Source of the DNA: Monocercomonoides exilis PA203
Taxonomy: Eukaryota; Protista; Preaxostyla
DNA length: 64,000 nucleotides
NCBI GenBank assembly: GCA_001643675.2
Contig: LSRY02000005.1
Span: forward strand, 620,001-684,000
Direction of reading: 5' to 3'
In this document: positions 60,301 through 64,000 of the stretch, in pieces
Layout of the letters: every line of letters starts with the position of its first letter
Numbering within the stretch: position 1 is the first letter of the stretch
Program-made: the position numbers and the translations under genes
Notes under the pieces: model-generated
The model's input: only the letters and a program-made list of their open reading frames with translations
What the model was told of the DNA's origin: nothing
Database searches by the model: none

Positions 60301-63300
60301 TCACGCATCATCGCCTCTCATCCTTTCCTGCAGCAGTCGATCTCTTCTCAGAACACAGATCGCCTTCTCAAGCAGCTCCTCAACACAGCCTCTGCCTCAA
60401 AGGGATCAGACAAGAAGGGAGGCAACGGTGCACAAGCACAGCCTGTCTCGTTCTACGGACTGAAAAAAGGAGCAGCCTATGGCTTGGCTGGTATTGCCGG
60501 CGCAGCCTGGACAGAAGAAGAGAAGTTGAAGGACGAAGAAATGAATGAGAGGATGAAGCGAGCAAAGAAAGGAAACGGACCTGTTGTTGTGAAGAATGAA
60601 TCCGGCAAGAAAACAAATGAAGGAGCAGAAGATAGCGAAGAACTGGAACAATTGAATCAAGAAAAGAGCCAAATTATGCTTACACGACAGCGTCGGATAC
60701 ACGGAGGTATGCGATGGCTTGTCTCTGAGAGTGAGGTGTTCAAGAAGATCTCAGACTCTGCTCTGGAATCCTCCAGCCATCAAGCACGAGAAGGCGCACT
60801 GATTGCCTTTGAGGTGTTCTTTGACCAGCTCTCTACTCAGATGGAGCCTCTGTTTGATCAGATCTTGCCATTGCTTTTGAACTCCCTGTCTGATTCTCTT
60901 CCAAGTGTGCGTGATGCTGCGTCTGATGCCACAACTGCAATGATGAGGACGCTCTCACCATTTGGTGTGCGCTACATCCTTCCTTCTTTGCTGAGCACTC
61001 TTACTACCAAAACAAACGCCTCAAACAAGTCAAAGTCGTCTGGCTCCTCGTCTTCAGCCACTGTGCCATGGCGTACAAAGCAAGGAGCTGTTGAAATGTT
61101 AGGCAGAATGGCTCATTTGTCAGCAGAGCAGCTGGGAAATGCCATGCCTCAGATCATCCCCACCTTGGTGTCTGTGTTGAATGATCCCCATCCAAAAGTT
61201 CAGCAGGCTGCCAAAGCTGCGCTGGTGAGAATAGGATCAGTTGTGCAGTGCCCACAAGTTGCATCTCGGATGAAGACTGTCATCAGAGCATTGAGCGACA
61301 TGTCAGCCACAGAAAAAGCATTGTCTGTACTGGTCGGCTCAAACAACGTCAGCGAGAAGGATTCCAAGCAGATGATGGATGAAATGGAAGAGGAAGACGA
61401 GGAAGGCGGGAAAGAAGCTCGTTCACAGTTCTCTCCTGCTGGCACTGGTCTTCGCACCATCGATGCCACAAAGCAGGCTCCGATGCTCAACCTCGACTCG
61501 GCTTCTCTTTCGCTCTTCTTGCCTATCATCGAGCGTGGCATGAAGTCACGAACACCAACCACTCGAATGATGGCCATCCGCGCCATTGGAAACATGGCGA
61601 TGATGGCATCTGAGAGAGATCTGCGCCCATACATCCGCATTCTGATTCCTTATCTGAAGGAGTCTCTGATGGACACTTCGCTCTTCCGCGAGGCGTCTTC
61701 ACGGAGCTTCGCATTTCTTGTGCAAGGGCTGGGCGAAGAAGCACTGGGCGGTGTGGCTGAGTGGATGCTGCGTGTGTTGTGGGCTGGTGGAGATGTTGCC
61801 AAAGTGCAGGCTGATGAGGTGCTGGCTGCACAGGAGAGAGAGAAGCTGCTGAGGGCAGACGGTGGGCATGGTGGTGTTGGTGAGGCTGAGATGATGGCAA
61901 TTAATGAATCAGATTCTGTTCTTTCTGCAGCAAAAGCAATTTCTCTCGGACAATCGAGTTTGTCTTCAGATTATTCAAGTTCATCGGCTCAGTCAGGGCG
62001 AATGACAGCCGATCAGGAAAGAAGGAGCGAGCACACACGTGGAATAGGCATTATTGGTGCAGCAAGTGGACTTGCTTCCATTCTGGGTGTGCAAGGACAG
62101 TCACGTGTTGAGCCTCTGCTGCCATCGCTGCTGAGTGGTCTTGACTCGCCCAATAAGAACGTGAGAGAAGGGTTCATCAATCTCTTCCTGTTCCTCCCGT
62201 CGACAATGAAAGACGACTTCGGAAAATTCTTACCTATTGTATTGCCAAAGATATTGCAGTGCACTGGAGATGAAGCTGAAACATGCAAAGAAATCGCATA
62301 CAATGCTGTTAAGATGCTTGTGCACACATTTGCTTCATCAATTTCAATTGATCTGCCAACTGCAAATATTCCATTTGCCCAGATGACAGAGATGCTTGCT
62401 GCAACTGCAGCAATGACAACCTCGTCATCATCACTTTACTCCTCATATACTTCTTATTCATTCTCTGCATTCCATCTTTTGTTGGCAACTTTCTTGTTCA
62501 ATCTGTCTTCCAATGCACAATGGAGAATTCGGTTGTGCTCAGTGAAGATGATTGATCTGGTTGTTATGACTGTCGCTGGCATGTCTGGTGGACAGGCACG
62601 CAACATACGAAAGCGCATGAGAGCACTTGCCGAAAAGAAGCAGAAGGAGAAAAGCAAGTCGAGTGGAAACGAAGAGGATGAAGATGACGAAGAGGAGTCA
62701 GAAGCTGGATTTAAGGACGATGACGATGAGGATGATGAGGATGAAGACAACGAAGCATTGGCCGATGCTGTTGTTGGATCGTGGACTTATCAGTCGTATG
62801 TCGATCATGCTCTGAACCAGTTCTTGACTGATCAGCAGAGAGCAGAGCTGTTCAGCACAATATACATCTCCCGCTTTGATACAAGCAGAGATGTGCGCCA
62901 CGAGGCAGCCAGAACATGGAAGTCGCTTGTTGTGAATCCACCAAAAGTGGTCAAGCAGCTGCTTCCTTCTCTTATCCGCACTCTTTCTGCAAGCTTGTCG
63001 TCTGCATCTGGTGCAGAAGACGAGTGGAAGAAGGAGATTGCCGCCTCGTGTCTATCTGACTTGACTGAAAAAGCAGGAGACCAAACATTCCCAACAATGC
63101 TTCCTATCATATTGAACGACATCAACATTTCTTCCTCTCCAATTCCAATGGTGCGTGTGGGAGCATGCATTTCTTTGTCATCGTTGCTGTCTGCAGCTGG
63201 AAAGCCTCTTCTTCTGCAGCACTCGTCTCCAATCATCAGCTGCATCAAAATTGGGCTGTGTGATCCAGATGTTGTTGTCCGTCGTGCTGCTGCCATCACT

Positions 63301-64000
63301 TTTGACACGTTCTACAAAGTGATTGGAAACACAGCTATTCAGAAGATTGTGCCATCTCTTCTGCACATGATGAGCGGAAGAAACGAGAACAAACCAAAAG
63401 CAGCACCGAAAAAGAAGGAAAAAGAGACCAAAAAGGAGACAGAAGAAGAAAACTCGGAATCCGAAGAAGATGCGGACGAAGAAGTCGGAGGCTCCAGCGG
63501 AGCAATTTCAGACAAGGCGTTGTATGCACTGGAAGGAATGAGAGAGATCGTTGCATTGCGCTCATCAGCCATTCTGCCACAGATATTGCCATCTCTCCTG
63601 AAAGGGCAGATGACATTAGGATCCGTGCGTGCCTTGTCTGCTTTGGTTGAAGTGGCATCGACTGAGCTGTCTGCCAGAGTTTCTACTCTTCTTCCAATGC
63701 TGCTGGATGCCATGAACTCAAAGCCAAGCGATTTCATGCAGCCGGTGCTGACAATTGTGAAAGGTATGGCTGAAAAGGAGAGTCAGTGGGTGTTGGAAGA
63801 GATCGAGAGACAGCTGCTTGGTGGCACTCACAACAGAAAGAGATGGACAGTATGGCTTCTTGGTGCTTTGTTTGCCAAAAAGCCCAAAAAGGAAAGAAGA
63901 CAAAGAAACGAAGATGACAGCGACTCGGAAAGCGAAGAAGAGGAAGAAGAAGAGGAAGAGGAAGAGGAAGAGGAAGAGAATGTAATTGAATTCAGTCAAG
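51303..64000 (+). CDS. GCN1: GCN1 translational activator (HEAT repeats), multi-exon, runs off the right edge
   Basis: Open frame from ~57191 to the window end contains KKGAAYGLAG, AREGALIAFE, WRTKQGAVEMLGRMA..QL...PQIIP.L..VLNDPHPKVQQA, LDSASLSLFLPIIERGM, VREGF, WRIRLCSV and SRFDTSRDVRHEAARTWKSLVVNPPK. The exon at ~56312 reads KNVRRDKGQKGLYSVEDEIWERE. Upstream exons join in frame back to ATG 51303 (start inferred). Confidence 0.92.
54826..54886. repeat. (TCTTCC)n microsatellite encoding poly-Ser in GCN1
   Basis: Seen directly. Confidence 0.9.

Noticed and set aside
47801-63999. Many short Glu/Lys/Leu-rich ORFs overlapping DCP1 and GCN1
   Set aside because: Alternative-frame or antisense translations of low-complexity codon runs.

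Overview
AT-rich eukaryotic genomic DNA with short GT-AG introns and the standard genetic code. Gene style suggests an oxymonad such as Monocercomonoides; this is inference. Housekeeping genes: TDP1, a MORN1-like repeat protein, DCP1 and a very large GCN1 (head-to-head with DCP1), plus two unassigned genes. Three intronless giant surface-protein genes of one family are present, with Cys-knot/beta-helix modules; where the 3' end is in the window they also have a TM helix and a kinase-like tail. Two of them form a near-identical ~7.9 kb inverted pair (13060-20921 / 38842-46728). The ~18 kb between them holds a decayed DIRS-type tyrosine-recombinase retrotransposon with perfect 38-bp inverted termini and a decayed pogo-like DD35D DNA transposon. 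It also holds several MITE families, some nested; most begin GG, end CC and are flanked by 4-bp ANNT duplications. All annotation was read by eye; exon boundaries and some ends are approximate.
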